Of a stretch of 64,000 bases of DNA, positions 13,639 to 28,128 are shown piece after piece. The notes beneath the pieces are model-generated. The model did not search any database and had not been told where the DNA came from. It saw only the letters and a program-made list of their open reading frames with translations. The stretch comes from Botryllus schlosseri. Lineage: Eukaryota. A program made the position numbers and the translations under genes. How positions within the stretch are numbered: position 1 is the stretch's first letter; every line of letters starts with the position of its first letter. The stretch spans positions 28,522,001 through 28,586,000 of the forward strand of contig CM119372.1 of NCBI GenBank assembly GCA_051294905.1. The letters are read 5' to 3'.

Positions 13639-14957
13639 CAGCACCGTAACTGCCGCACCCCAAACCCCCCAATTGGGGGGGGGCCCGAGCTCGAAGGGGG
13701 CCCCAAATTATTTCGTGAATTAGCATAAATTATAGAGTATTTTTTGAAAATTTATGCAATATTTTCCAAAATTTTTCGCGCTGCGCGCGATTTAAAGTTG
13801 CCAAATGTCTTGATTATTTGGTACTCTTCCCCCAAGAAAAAACACGCAAGATTTATAGAAATGGACATATCGGCGTTGGCCATTAATACGCCACTACGCA
13901 CCAAGATATATAACGATTTAGGACTTATTACATGCGACTCCAAGAAGTGTGCCAGAACGATCGGCAGCACGAAAAGCTTGGCCGAAACAGACTGCCCTTA
14001 TGCAGACCGAAAACTTCGTTATATAGGCCTATACAAAATAATAGGTTTAATTGTCCATAGGCGCCTAAATGACTGGCGCCATATGTTGCTTCCTGTCTTG
14101 GCAATCTGAACCTCAGAAGACAAATACCATCCAGCAGGAAAAAAATATATGCCTGTGAAGAAATACCAATTTGAAATCGTGTGCGTCTTTTAGTTTAGTA
14201 CGTTTGAGCGATTCTATATTTTTGATATAGCAGCCAGGAGGTCACGAAATAAAATCATGTAACGAAGTCATACCAACGGGTCCGTCCGAAGATGTTTAAT
14301 TATTATTTACGGGCCCTACAGTTTCAGGTAAATCTGATAACGTGAGCAGAGAGGACAAGATATTGATAGCAATATATTAGCAATTCCCGATCTTATTGAC
14401 CGATTGTATCATGAATTATCGAAAATTTTCGCGCTTCGAGCTGGCTCACTAAGCAGTGCAGCTAATTTCGTGGCATAAGCGAACACTGTGATGAGGGGGT
14501 CGGTTTATCACCCTATGAGACCCCCAAACCCAAGTTTTTGTGGGGGGGCGAGGCTGACGAAGTGCTGTTTAGTTCCTGCCAATGGGTATACGCCCGAAGT
14601 TGTCTAATTATTATTGGGCGGTCCTACGTTTTAAAACATACCTCGCTCAGCTCTACCGGTAAATCTGATTACGTGAGCAGGGAGAGGATCAAAATTGATA
14701 GCAATATATATGTAATTCCCGATCATATTGCCTGATTCAATCATGATTTACTGAAATTTTTCGCGCTTCGCGCGTCTAGGCGGCAAAAGCTGATTCACCA
14801 AACGATCCCCCAATGCAGATGTGAAATAGCGTCAAAAAGCGGACAGCCAAAGGGGGGTCTGGGGGGCGAAGCCCCTCAGAAGTTAGGTTTATCACCCTCT
14901 GAGGGGGCCCACGGCCAACGTTTTGGGGGGGCCTGACGAAGTGCTGTTACGGCCCTG
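13639..14957. mobile_element. Non-autonomous hAT-like element
   Basis: Ends CAGCACCGTAAC / GTTACGGCCCTG; perfect 8-bp TSD ATTACAAG (13631-13638, 14958-14965). Related fragments lie at 3370-4078, ~20030-21160 (minus) and inside the element-1 arms (~38880-39310). Confidence 0.85.
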
Positions 14958-14990
14958 ATTACAAGCACCCTATTGGGAGTTCGCCTATTG

Positions 14991-16151
14991 CAGTGGTTCT
15001 TAACCTTTGTTTCTCCAGCGCCCCCTTTCAAAAATTGCTTGGGTCTGGCGCCCCCTATTTTAGGGACTGCAGTAAAAAACTGGGTAAGTGGCCGAAGTCC
15101 GGTATCGAGTTGAGACTTCACTGTTAGAACACTCGACTAATTAACGGTCAAATTGTATGAGCTATTTTTATGAATCATAAATCCAGGCTGGTATTATAAC
15201 AATCATCGGGTAAGGCCTACGGGCTTATAGCATTTGGTTCGAGATTGATGTACACATCCGAAATTCTTCTCTGCGATTGGCAATACGGGGAAGTTAATTG
15301 TATTGGCTTTGTTTATTGCTTTGTGTGACTGCTAAGTCAACTGAGAATGTGGTAGAGATTTGCTCACATTAAATTTAGTACTGTACCAAGCTCTTAACTC
15401 TAACATGAATTGGGGTAACAACACTAAGCAGTATCATCCTTTATGATACGATGGAGAAATATTGTGACAAATTAATTTTATAGCTCTTAAATACAAGTAT
15501 ATTTAGTTAATCAATTTAGCCGAAAATTTTCCAATCATTATTAATATACAAGGGACATCACTCTCAAAAGTTGCACAGTAGCCTACAATGCCTTTTCAAT
15601 TTCGACAAGTAGTGCGCTGCAGGATACAATACCTAGTTCAAAACATTTTGTGGAAAATAACCCGAGCTATCGGTATAAGTATCAATTTATTAATAAACTC
15701 ATCATTTCAAAACACCACAAAACTGCCCTACATTGAAAAGATAGTAAGGCGTCGAAACGACTTGGAGTAGCTAGCGTGACGGGAGAGTTACAACGGGGAA
15801 TCCAAAAGTATGCCTAATTCCTTTTACATGAATTAAAATAAACCACAGTATTCATGGAAACATGGTCGGTAGATATTTCGCGATGATCACAATGAAAAAC
15901 GTGATTTGACAGATTTTGTTGAGTGTTAGTTTGCAATGAGAACTCAGGGATATGAAGAACTATTGTTCTACTATTTAATCATACGTCTTTTCTAGCGTAC
16001 ACCATGTACTGCGGAGCCCTTTTCATTCAGGGCCCCCCATACGCCCCCTGAGCCCACCGCCCCCCATTTCACCCCCTGAGCGTTTCCTCCGCCCCCTTCA
16101 AAATCAAAATCTCTCCCTGGGGGGCGCTGGAGACAAGGTTAAGAATTAATG
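14991..16151. mobile_element. Non-autonomous hAT-like element
   Basis: Inverted ends CAGTGGTTCTTAACCTTTGTTTCTCCAGCGCCCCC / GGGGGCGCTGGAGACAAGGTTAAGAATTAATG; degenerate TSD GCCTATTG / GTCCATTG. Confidence 0.6.
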
Positions 16152-18859
16152 GTCCATTGGTACTGGTACTTAAAAATGCGACAAGAAACTATTGAAAGTG
16201 AGGAAAATTAGTAGGCTATATTATAAATGCCAACCATTCGATATCACAAAACAGAGTTATAACAGTGGGTTTAACAAGACTTTATCTGGAAACTGAGGAG
16301 TCAACACAATGACTTGGACTCGGACTAGAGTCATAATACCATGACTCGGACTCGAACCTCTGGTCAATGACGTGGACTCGGACTTGACTCGGTGGCGAAT
16401 TGAAAACGACTCGACCTGACTTGAGTCAAAACTAAAAAAGTGAGATTGACTTGTGACTAGGGCTGGGCAAAATCGAGTACCTGAGTGATTCGATTCCGAA
16501 TCACTGAATATGCTTCGAGTCGAGTCGAGTAATCGAGTATCACTCGTCATGACGTCATAACAGATTGTAATGTGTCAAAGTTCAAATATGTACCTTTTAT
16601 GCGACCACAAAGAATATAATGCCTGTCATCCATCAGATATTAAAGATACTTCGGTATTTTTCGACCATACCGATTTCATTGCACTTGGTAACAATGTTGT
16701 GGGATGATCATGACTTCGAAAATGTGCTATTTCCAGTAGCATTCGTAGCTTGAACTATACATCTCGTATGCTAGGAAACGCACAATCAAAGTTTCAAGGC
16801 GTTAGCAGTGAAATTAGTATAGAAATTATAAGTCTGTTTGATAAATTAACTTGCAGTTGTGAGGAGCATATAATTTCAGTACTCTAAAAAATCGTCTTTT
16901 ACTACTCGACTCGAATCATTAAAATGATTACTCGAATTAGATTCGAGTACTCGAATCATTGTGCCCAGCCCTACTTTTGACTCGGAGCCTTGTGACTTGG
17001 TTACAACCCTGCCTTCTAGCGAATCGAATAAACACATAAATAGTGTCTGGATCTGGCCTTGCATAACTACTTGGCAACTTAATTCAGCGATTTGCACTGT
17101 ATAAGTGTACAATGCACCGTGTCAGTAACAAATTGAACTACATGCTCAAAAGTGTCATTGCGCGACCTTTCAAATCGACATGTGCAGCAAGGTCACGTTT
17201 TTATTCTCTGGCGTCGCATATATATCTTAGTCTGAGGACTAATTAGTTAAATTGCTCAGCCCACATAGGCAACAGTCCCGTTTTGTGAAATGTGTAGTGA
17301 TGATTCTTTTTCGAATCGCACAGGGCCATTGGTGATATGCTGAAGTGAAAAATTGCTGGTATGACGAATACCCACAATACAGTGATTACAGAGTAGGCCG
17401 CGGCATATCTAGCCCACCTAGATTTGGCGCCCATATATGAACATGGTTAGAAAAGGTGGAGCCAAGGAGGCAACAATTCAGAATTTTGTGAACGATTACC
17501 GTATAATTATGTGAATTCAGCCAAAAATAATAGCATAACATCTCATGGAATACATCGGAGCCGGAGCTACACTTCAAAGTTCAAACAACCGGCTTCGGCT
17601 CCGGCTCCGGCTCCATTTGAATTTTATATAGATCTCCGGTTCCAGCTCCGGCTCCGCTGAAAATGTACGGCTCTGTGTCTCCGGCTCCTTGCTCCGGCTC
17701 CGTCTCCAAAGCCCTGGTCTTCACCGCCGCACTTGCTCGACGCGACCTCCATATTGTAGCTCCAATTCTTCATGTAGTACGTGAAAAATCTATGATATGT
17801 CACTCACTTTGCTTCCACAATCCATATGATACAACAGCACGGACTCTCAATGACATTTGCAACATATGTATGTATTTGTAATTTGTATAATCACCATACT
17901 GGTCGAGGCTCCGTTGTACGCTACATATAGGCTACTGTGCCGTGCTATGCTTATGTCTTATCATCTGAAACTAGCTACGATTGAACAATGAAGATTCTCA
18001 AGGACACACTCAAATTCACCATGAATATTAGAAACAGGCCTCTACAATAAATTATCCGAAATAAGTTACAGCCATCGAATACGTCGTTGGCCAATGGGCA
18101 GGCCGTGTTATTTTTGGCATTTCAGGAGCCAGATGCCAAAACTGCCAAAAATAAAAATTTGAAAATGCCAAAAATAAGCAATTTTTGGCATATGCCAAAA
18201 ATAACACGGCCTGCCAAATAGTGTATTTCGTTCATGGTGTTGTGTTAACTGGACCGCGTTACAAGCGAGAAGAGCGTTTGTGAAAGGCAGGTTTCTTAAT
18301 CTGAGTCCAGCCCACCCATTAGGGGTGAAAGCATGGTGTCCTAAATGGTGTGGGCACAGCGTGATTGAACGGCTGGCTGCATTTGGTTTACGTCATACTT
18401 TCCATTTGTCCAAAAGCAATTTTACGACCATTTTTGACCGGCTTGTCGAGCACTAAATTTGACAAAACGGGTATCAATGAGATGCTGCCGCAGTATTGAT
18501 TATTAGAATATAAATTATATTCTGCTCATGGAGCTGGAACCCCCAAAATCAACAACGATTTTTGCATTGTGATCGAGTTGAACATTGTGACGCAACAAAT
18601 TGTCTGGCTATTTCTGAGCTGCATAGTCTCGTTTTGCCTTACAGTCTTGTTGCGCCAATGTTCTTAAACAAGCTAACTTTCCCAGGACTCTTCCATGCGA
18701 GTTGGTAATATTAAAGCCACCTGAAGTGACAAAAGTCCTCCGAAAATATATCGGTAGACTGAAGGAGAAATGATAGTCGGGCTACTAAATAGAATGTGTT
18801 GAGAGACAACACAGGAAACTCCTGGAAAAGGATCGGGAAGAAAATTTTTTCCGCGATGA

Positions 18860-19106
18860 GATCGATGACACTGGCGAAGTGATCTCTTTTCATGATGCAT
18901 GGAAGCCAGTTCGGCCCTCCAAAGATTTTGAAGCTCTGAAAACCTTTTGTGGATGACTGGCAACATTCTTTCCTTCAATGGCTACTGTTGAAGCCGATAT
19001 TTCCAAGATTCGCTGGGCGAGAAATGAATTTAGGAGAAACCTAGCTAACCTGAGTTTGGAAGCACTGTTACAGTGCTAACGATTTAAGTCTATTCAACAC
19101 CTGTAA
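18860..19106 (+). pseudogene. Decayed hAT-like transposase C-terminal region
   Basis: Translation IDDTGEVISFHDAWKPVRPSKDFEALKTFCG*LATFFPSMATVEADISKIRWARNEFRRNLANLSLEALLQC* resembles the hAT C-terminal dimerisation region (P-x-x-A-x-V-E-x-x-[FI]-S...R-x-x-L) and has in-frame stops. A TIR-like end TGCCAAAAATAACACGGCCTGCC follows at ~19460, with a palindromic copy at ~18098-18215. Confidence 0.6.
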
Positions 19107-22100
19107 CAATCAGCTGTTGAGCGTGTTTGTTAGGCTTTTTTTTTTTTTTTTTTTGCTTATTGCGCCGAGTCCGATGGATACTGCACATTTTGTGGTTTCG
19201 TTCGATATTATTACCCTATGAAATCGTTAGGTTTTTTCTTCTTCTTATTGTTTGTTGACACTGATTATACGTGGATGCAGCACATTTTGTGGTGTCTTTT
19301 GAAAAACTAGCCCAAATAAAGCGTTTTTGTGACTAATTCGAGGCTGAAACTATCTATCTAGAGGACGATGCCAAAACTGCCAAAAATAAAAATCGAAAAA
19401 TGCCAAAAATAAGTTATTTTTGGCAGTTTTGGCATATGCCAAAAATAACACGGCCTGCCAATGGGTATTGTCGCAGTACTGTACCGGCGTATGCACTACA
19501 AAAATGCTATAATTTTACATTCATAATAATGAGACACACTCGGCACTACTTTCGTTGTATCATTCTTGTGAATTGTGGATTCGTTAATATACAAATTATA
19601 CATCTATATTAATTCCCCATTAGATCAGATGGCATTTGCACAGCAGGGAACCGGTATAGTGTACAGTAGTACACCAGTGGTTCTTGGCCTGGCCTCCAGC
19701 GCCCCCCAAGGGGCTCTGGCGATTTTGAAAGGGGCGCAAACGCTCAGTGGGCGATATAGGAGGCGCTGGGCTCAGCGGAGCGATATTTGGGGCGCGAAGG
19801 AAAAATGGCTTCACAGTAGATGATGATGTGGTAGTAGGACATATCCTTAATGGAGCTGCAATTTATTGAAATTTCCACAGGTGTTTCACGCTCCAGCAGT
19901 CACGCAGAGATCGAACTTTACACAAAATGGCCGCGGCCAAAATTATTTTTTCGTTTTGCCCTTAAATTTGACACCACATCATTTTTAGAGTGCAGTGCCT
20001 TTTTAAGCGTCTATGGACAATTAGACTTATATACATCGAAGTTTACGGTCAACATAAGGGCAATCCTCTTCGGCAAAGGTTTTCTCGCTGACAATCTTTT
20101 TGGCACACTTCTCGGAGTCCCATATTGGCAGGAACTTAATATGTGTTCGCGCATCTTGGCGTGGTAATGGCCGACGCCGAAATGCCTATTTCTAATTTAC
20201 ATAATCATTTTTAATTATTTTTTTTCGTGGAGGAGTCGTCAAAACATGATGAGTAATTTATGTTCATTCACTGAAATAATTTAGGGCACCCTTCGAGCTC
20301 ACCCCTCACCCCTCGCGATATTGGGTTTGGGTTGCAGCAGTTCCGGTACTGATAAGAGGTCAAATCCAGTGGCTCTTTTCGGGACTTAAGTATTAATCGC
20401 GCTCGAGGACAACTCAGCAATAATTAACCATATAATAATTATATGAGGTATATTCAGGGTCAAATCTAGGTTGTTATAACAACAATCGGGTACGGTCTCA
20501 TACAATGTTCCCTCTAATTTTTGACGAGTCTGCGCAAACACGCCAACTCACTGCGCGGGCCCATAGACAACAGTGCGCAACCCGGCCCCCCATATGGTGA
20601 TAAGCCTAATTTCTGGAGGGCATCCTCCCCCCCCAGACCCCCCTTCGGGCCTTACGCTTTTTGCCGCTACTTTTCATCTATATTGGGTGTCCGCTTAGTG
20701 GGTGTATAGCCTGGGCGCGCGAAGCGCGAAAAATTTATATAATTCATGATTGAATCGGTCAATATGATCGGGAATTGCATATATAATGCTATCAATTTTT
20801 ATGCTCTCTCTGCTCACGTTACCAGATTTACCGGTAGAGTTGATCGAATAAGGTGTGTTGGAAAAGGTAGGACCCCTAAATAATAATCAAATATCTTCGG
20901 GCGTACCCGCTGGTAATGACTTCGGTACATGATGCTCTTTCGTGTCCTCCTATCTGACGTCTCAAAAGATATTGAAATCGTCCAAACGTACTAAACTGAA
21001 ACGTACACGACTTAAAATTGTTATTTCTTCTTTGAAAAAGTTGCATAAATTTCCAAAAAATTACTTCATGATTTATGTTTATTCACAAAATAATTTTGGT
21101 TCCCCTTCGAGCTCGGGCCGCCCAATTGGGGGGTTTGGGGTGCGGCAGTTACGGTACTGTGCGTAACACCAGACGTGCGTGTATCCATCCGAGTCACATG
21201 ATTCATTGATAGAATCAAAATACAGCATTTACATTTAGATTTATTGCATTACACCGGATAATCACATTATGAGTGACGATGGGGAACTACGCTCTAAACA
21301 TGATGTGGTCTCGACTTGAAGTTAAGCCATTGAGGGCATTTTTTTCTCAGAACGCCGTCGCGTTTGGGCTTCTGCTGAAATATTTTTGGGATATGCACTA
21401 TAGCACACGTGCTACTTTGTGGTGTCGCAAAGGGCTAAGAAGCATTCACCCGCAATTGCGATAAACCTCGACATCATGGATATCGCACGTGTTCTGTGGT
21501 GCATATTTTGAGGGTGTTTTGGCTACAGTTCGAGTGCGGTGGCTTTCTGAAGAAAATGAATGCTATTCTTTTGCATATTTTGCTTCTCTACATATTTTGC
21601 AAAGCACACCTTTATCGCTCGAAAAATAAAAATTCTCACCTAATTTCACAGTTTTTTTCTTCCGTTTTCACATGCCCCGACAACAGCTATGTTAAACTAG
21701 GGTTGCCCTACGTCCGGAAATTCCCGGACTTTTCCGGAATTTCACTGTAAAAACTGCGTCCGGTAGGAATTTCTAAAATACGCCTAAATGTCCAGAATTT
21801 TGAAGACTTGAAGTAAGCTAATTTTTTTTTATAAATCATAAACAAGATTATTTTTGGACAGATTTATGCTACATGAAATTTTTCTTCGCGCTGCGCGCGA
21901 TTTAGTATCAGGAATATTGGTTTTAATCCTTTGTGGACTAGCGTAACTAATTCGGTACATAGCGAATTACATCATTTTATACCGACTTTACCCATACTTG
22001 ACACAGCCACGACGGCCGTCGCAGATAGTACACATTCCGAACTTACCTTTAGCGCCTTTTAAAATAGAGTGTTTGGAGTGCAAGGTGGGTGTCCCGGACG

Positions 22101-22663
22101 TTGTTTATTGCATTGGCATGTCTAAGTGAAGTCGGTGGACCCACGTTCTTTGCTGCTTCGCGGTCGAAGGATTTGGTGAGTATATTCTTTATAAAAATAT
22201 GTATAGGATTCTTTACACCAGAAATAACATAGCCAGAAGTGTTTTGGATCAATAATGTGTTATTTTACTTGGCAATGTTGAAAATGAGGAGTGATGCGAA
22301 TTTGCATCATTGGCCTTTTGTTGGTAAACTCTGACAACATTCCTACTACTGAAATATTTCCATATTGAATAGCTATTTACGTGAGGAAAGTGGGGAATAG
22401 ATTCACCAACTTCACGAGTCAAGAAAGTGCCTTGATACAGTGCATAAAGACAAGGAATATGTATAAACTAACTACTAGAATTCAGTGTGCATGCCTCCTC
22501 TTTACATCGTCTAACTAAGCCAAGGTGGGTTTCTGATTCCATAGACTATACTTCAAGTCGCTTCGACACCTTCCTGTCCTTTCATTGTATCGCATTTTTG
22601 TGGTGTATTGAACTGATAAAAATTGCTAATAAACCAATGATGATAGAATAGTGCTAAACAGAT

Positions 22664-23062
22664 TATTATTATTATTACAGAGGTATTATACAGTGACGCT
22701 TTTCGCCGTTTAGGCCTTGTGCGTCACGACACAGATATGGGTACACTTCAATTTTACAGTACAGTTCATTTTTCTTTAACATCATGCAGTGCTTTTCTCA
22801 TTGGACGACTTTCAACCAGTGCATTCACTCTTCCACTCTTTTTCTCTCGCATGCGTCCGTCTTCGGTTCTCGGCTGCCGACTTCATGAGAGCGCGGCTTG
22901 CTCTGTGTCTGGGCTTTTCAACACGCTGTTAGTACAGCGGGATCGGCGATGAGGAGCCCAGATAACCTCCGACACATAGAAACATGGTAGAGCCGAGGCT
23001 CGAACCAAGGACCATTGGTGTCGTGACGGTGTCGATTAGTACACTGCGCCACTCGCTTCCCC
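22664..23062 (-). mobile_element. tRNA-derived SINE
   Basis: The minus-strand head GGGGAAGCGAGTGGCGCAGTG...GGTTCGAGCCTCGGCTCTACCA has A and B boxes. It has a (TAA)n tail and TSD TGCTAAACAGAT (22652-22663, 23064-23075). Confidence 0.85.
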
Positions 23063-23139
23063 ATGCTAAACAGATAGCAAATATTATCGATAATTTCAAT
23101 CAGAATATGCTGCTGCAGAAATGGACACCAGATGTTTTT

Positions 23140-24505
23140 ATGGAAAAAAAATCACTCATCAAGCGACGTTACACTGGAAAGGCATTACAGATGGTGGCAG
23201 TGATTCTGACGATGAAGAACGTTCTACTGCAGCAACTTCTGCTACCATGTGATAAATGAGCTCGGATGAATCCTCTTCACCCGATGAATCTGATGAAGAT
23301 TCCTCAATCGTTTTTTCAAAAGTTGAAAAAGGAAAAACACCGGGTCATATTGTATGTAGACCGCATGAACCGCAACGAAAATCTATCTGGAAAACAATTC
23401 AAGGTGAAAAGATCCCTTGCTACTAATTTCCTATGTGGAAGGCAGAATTGCTCGACAGTGACTACTCTATTTCTTCTCCGCACACATATTTCGAATATCT
23501 TGTTGGAGCGGAATTGCTGGACAGGATTGTTAATGAGAGCAATTTATTTGCTGTTCAAACTAATCCAACGAAGGCAATACACATGACCAGAGATGATTTT
23601 GAAAAATTCTTGGGATGTTGCATGCATATGTCTATCGTAAAAATGCGAAGATCCTATATGTACTGGGCCAATGATACTAGATATGATAAAGTTTCTGATA
23701 TCATGTCCCAAAATCGATGGAAGCAAATCAAATCTTTCTTGCTCATTGTTCATCCCGCATAAGGTGATTTTATGCAGTAGGAACTGTGCGATCAAACAGA
23801 CTGTCTGGCTGACAATTCAGTATTGGCACTGACAGCAGGACAAGAAGGAGAGGGAGATTTGAAGTAATGGAAGTTTCTCTGGACGGCGTTAGTATTCAGG
23901 CAGTAAAGTGGTATGACAATCGCAGTGTGCTATTGGCCAGTATCTTTGTCGAAGCAAATCATGTTAGGAAAATTAAAAGATGGCACAGGAGACGAAGTAA
24001 CGCTCACAGGTGGACTACCCATTCATTATCGAACAGTACAATTCATTTATGGGTGAGGTTGATCTTCTGGATGCCTATTTGGCTTATTACAGAACATGTA
24101 TCCGCTCAAAAAAATATCACATGTAATTGTACTTTCATGTGTCGTCAATAGTTAGTTGCTGTACAGGCGGGACTGGGATTTTCTGCAATTTCCGAAATAG
24201 AAGCAAAAAGGTCTGCTTGCTTCCAAATTATATGCAGAATACCTGGTAAAATATGGAAAATTAGTGACCGGAGAAAAAGAGGGTGGCCATCCCTCTGTAT
24301 CCAGCAGGAGTATCATAAGACAAGGAAAAGAGGACCAATAAAGCCCACCCAAACGTGACCAAGTGGGTCACACGCCTGCCGTGGACACCAGGCAGAGATA
24401 CAAGAGACAAACCTGCAAAGAGCAATCGGCTATAAAATGTGTCAAATGTCATGTACATCTGTGCCTGAACAAAAACTCTAACTGTTTTGCTTATTTTCAA
24501 CAATA
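23140..24505 (+). pseudogene. piggyBac (PGBD-like) transposase pseudogene, frameshifted and internally deleted
   Basis: Fragments SPHTYFEYLVGAELLDRIVNESNLFA...YW...MSQNRWKQIKSFL, KWYDNRSVLLAS, YNSFMGEVDLLDAYLAYY and C-terminal CVKCHVHLCLNKNSNCF are characteristic piggyBac motifs. Confidence 0.9.
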
Positions 24506-27500
24506 ATTTCAATTGTCAAAACTGCCCTGTTTTGTTTCGATTTTTTGTCGCGAAAGCCTGACGTCGCAAATTTGCGACAAACATTTAAAATAATAAATAA
24601 TGAAAAAAAAATTAAAGTTTTGTTGACCAATGTCTAAGTTGAGGCAAAACAATTAAAGTTACGCATAGAAATAATTTTTCCAATCATAGAGAATATATTC
24701 AGTCCACAAAGGGTAAGAAGACTACCACCCTCGCAAAAATGGCGATCAAAAATAAATATAAAATGACGTTCATTTACAAAAAGAAGTCTGATTGTAATCG
24801 CAATTACAAGATGACGGTATATTCATAGAGTCGGTTTAGGGCAGGCCGTTTGGAAGCTTTATTCAAAGATGGCGGTTCTAAACCTGAGGGTAGTTTGCCT
24901 TTATTCTGGGTTTCGCGAAGATATTGAAGCGAACGTAATTAGCTTCCCAAATAGGCCGTGACTAAGTCTGGGCAAATGTGCTGACATTTAATTAGTAATC
25001 AGCTCATCAAATGTTGAGCTGGGCCACGGCACATTTTCAAATTGGAAATGGAGTAGCGACCATTAAAGGTTGGAAACCACCGGATGTGCGGTGTTTATAT
25101 AGCTCAGTGGTGCAGAGCGCACCGGCATTATGCTGATAAATATTCTTATCGGCGTGACATGAACATGACTTAACGATGTACAATTACGCTCCTTGCATTT
25201 TCGAAGTCACCCTCTCCTACCAGCTCTACCGCTAACTCTGATCATGTGGGCGGAGAGAGGATCAGAATTATACAGTAATGTGTGGAAGAACCAATAATAT
25301 TGACACAACTCATTCAAATCATTCAACGACTAGATGCATATAGTAAGCCCCCAGAAGTTGCATCGAATACCCTACGGGGGGGGGAGGGGCGAGATCAGTG
25401 TTTATTTGGGCGGGAGGAGCTGAAAAAATGTGGCTTCGGCCCTGATTACAACTTACAATACACAACCACATACTCCTATACCGGATCGTGACCACCTTTA
25501 GTCGATAGACAAAGCGTTGCTGGTGTGACGTCATATTGATCGACAATGTGCTAACATCTCATTTTGAAATCCGCTAGTGGGCGCTGAAGAGCGTCCGGAA
25601 TTTGTGAAACAAAAATATGGTAACCCTATGTTAAACGAATCGCACTTTTTTGCTAATTTGGCTTGGTGAGGAGATGAGAAACTACCCATTCGTTTTGCCA
25701 TTATTAAAAGCGGTCAGTATAAACAGTGCAGAATTAGCGAATATTCACTCAACGTTGGCCACACAAGCAAACAGCTATAGCCAGAACACTTGTAGCGACA
25801 CAAATGGATGTCTGTAACCGCAAGTACTATAGACGGCGAATCGGAATTTTGTGCGATCGTCTGTGACGTCACAATAAATCCGTGTAAATGGTGACATAGG
25901 CTGCTATAGATTACTAATAAACGACATACACGCACGAGAACGCACTTCAAATCAATAAAGCGATCGATGTAGGCCTACCGCGTTAAAACACTGATGTGAC
26001 GTCTTGATACCGGCAATATGCGCTCATTACTATCAAGACATAGAGTCAGATATAATGATACGAATATTCAAGTCTGACTGAAGCAAGAACAATATCAGTG
26101 TATGACCTTATCGACGGAAGATTCCTGTTCAAACGAATCGAACAAACCCAAAATTTGTGCTGCTCAGAAGCTGATGTAATTCAACGCCCTTCAGTGCACA
26201 GTTGTAGCATTTCCCGATCAACGTTTGCAAAGGGATAGATGTTTTAAACAATATTGGTGGTTGTACTTGCATATTCTGCATATTATCATATCTCACCATA
26301 CGTGATCAGATTCGCCTGACGGAAGTGATGACTTCGAAAAGTCACGGCATTTAATTGCACCGAAAATCTTACGCGATGCTCATGCCACGCGGAAAAGACT
26401 ATACGTTAGTTTCTCGCAAATTAACTTCGAGCTAGCTCATTGTTATTTATAACTTTGTCAAACCATGTTATTTCGCCATTCCCAGAAAAGATTGCGCTAT
26501 TGAAATGATATCAGTATCGCTCACGCGTACCGCGCACGGGACCATACTATTACCATAGTGTCCTATATGGTGTCGACACAAGCAAATCTCACACCTCAGT
26601 GAAATTGTATCACGTCACACTTTCCATTTGGCTACAGGCAATTTGACGGTCAGTTTGGACCGGCTTGCCGAGCATTAAATTTGGTAACACGAGTATCAAT
26701 CGAAAGCTGACTCTGCACTGATTACGAAAATAAATTTTATTCCGCTCGTGGCCGTGGAACTCCCACAATCAGCCTCGAATTTTTCATTGCCAGCGTAATC
26801 CATATATTGTCTTCCAACATAGCTTCTAAGATGCAAAATAAATGTAATCGTGATTACTTTTCCAATGTAATCGTAATCGTAATCGACTACTTCCTGATTT
26901 TGCTGTAATCATAATCGTAATCGCGTCGTTCAGAAGTAATCGTAATCGCAATCGATTACATTCATGAAGTAATCACCCCATGTCTGGTAATCGGTGTCTT
27001 ATAAAAAGCCTAGAAGTGGGCCGTGCTACAAGTCGGCAGCGACGGCATAAAATGAGGAAAATTGGCCTGGTGTAAATGACCACAGCAGTCGACAAACACC
27101 ATGAATAAAACAAACAAACAGATACCAGAGGAAAACGACCAAAGTTCAGTAGTGGTTGAAAATAAGACAAAATAAGGACACAAGTCGAAAATAAGGACAT
27201 TTCTTAAAAATAACGACAGTCGAGTTTTCTAAGACGAAGCCTTTCAAAATAAGGACAAATCTTAGAAATAAGGACGGTATGGCAACCCTGCATATAGTAC
27301 AAAGCTATGAACGTTGATGGAAATAGCACATTTCCGAAGTCATGATCATGCCACAACATTGTCACCAAGTGCAATGAAATCGGTATGGTCGAAAAAATAC
27401 CAAAGAATCTTTATTGTGATGGATAACAGGCACTTTATTCTTTGTGATCGCATGAAAGGTAGACTTTGACATATAATATTATGGTATGACGTCATAATGA

Positions 27501-28128
27501 GTGATACTCGATTACTCGACTCGACTCGAAGCATATTACGTGATTCAGAACCGAATCACTCAGGTACTCGATTTTGCCCAGCCCTACTCGCCGACTAATT
27601 CCAAACTTTGTCGCGAGTTGCGGGCTCAGTCGCAGTAGAAAATACGCACGCGCTCTTATTTCGACGATGCTGTTGCAATCTTTTCTAATCGTTCAACTTC
27701 CTAATTTAACATTCTCGTGTACCAGATGCGTAATTTATCTTGGGTCACGGTGAAGGCTCAAGCGCTGTATGATATCCAACAAGCCCAGAAAAAGAATGAT
27801 TCAACCTCAAGTTGATAACTTAAAGATGGATGAACGAAATGAAGATATATTTGATAATTAAATTACTATATGTTCACAATAAAAGATGAATAACAGAGAA
27901 CATGACCGCTAGCCCGCCAATGCCACTGACATGCTTGACATTACGAAAGTACCGGTAGGCCAAGAAGAGTAGGCCTATATATTTATAAAGATATCTGATT
28001 GATGAACTATGTCAGGGCGTTTCAACGATAATAGACACCTTCTTGTTTATATTATTTGTATCTTGGGTACTGTATATTGTGCATCTGCGTCTTGAGTTGA
28101 AATAATAAACTGAGTTTTCGAATTTGAG

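Larger units (their letters stand above)
21927..24713 (+). mobile_element. Decayed piggyBac transposon
   Basis: TTAA followed by TCCTTTGTGGACT on the left; AGTCCACAAAGGG followed by TAAG (degenerate TTAA) on the right; internal transposase remnants. Confidence 0.85.
21698..25628. mobile_element. Non-autonomous hAT-like element hosting a piggyBac insertion
   Basis: TIRs TAGGGTTGCC / GGTAACCCTA; perfect 8-bp TSD TGTTAAAC (21690-21697, 25629-25636). Confidence 0.85.

Noticed and set aside
22984..23062. tRNA gene
   Set aside because: It is the head of a SINE with a tail and TSD, not a stand-alone tRNA.
25092..25130. tRNA-like TAGCTCAGTGGTGCAGAGCGC
   Set aside because: Only an A-box/D-arm-like fragment; no T arm or B box follows.
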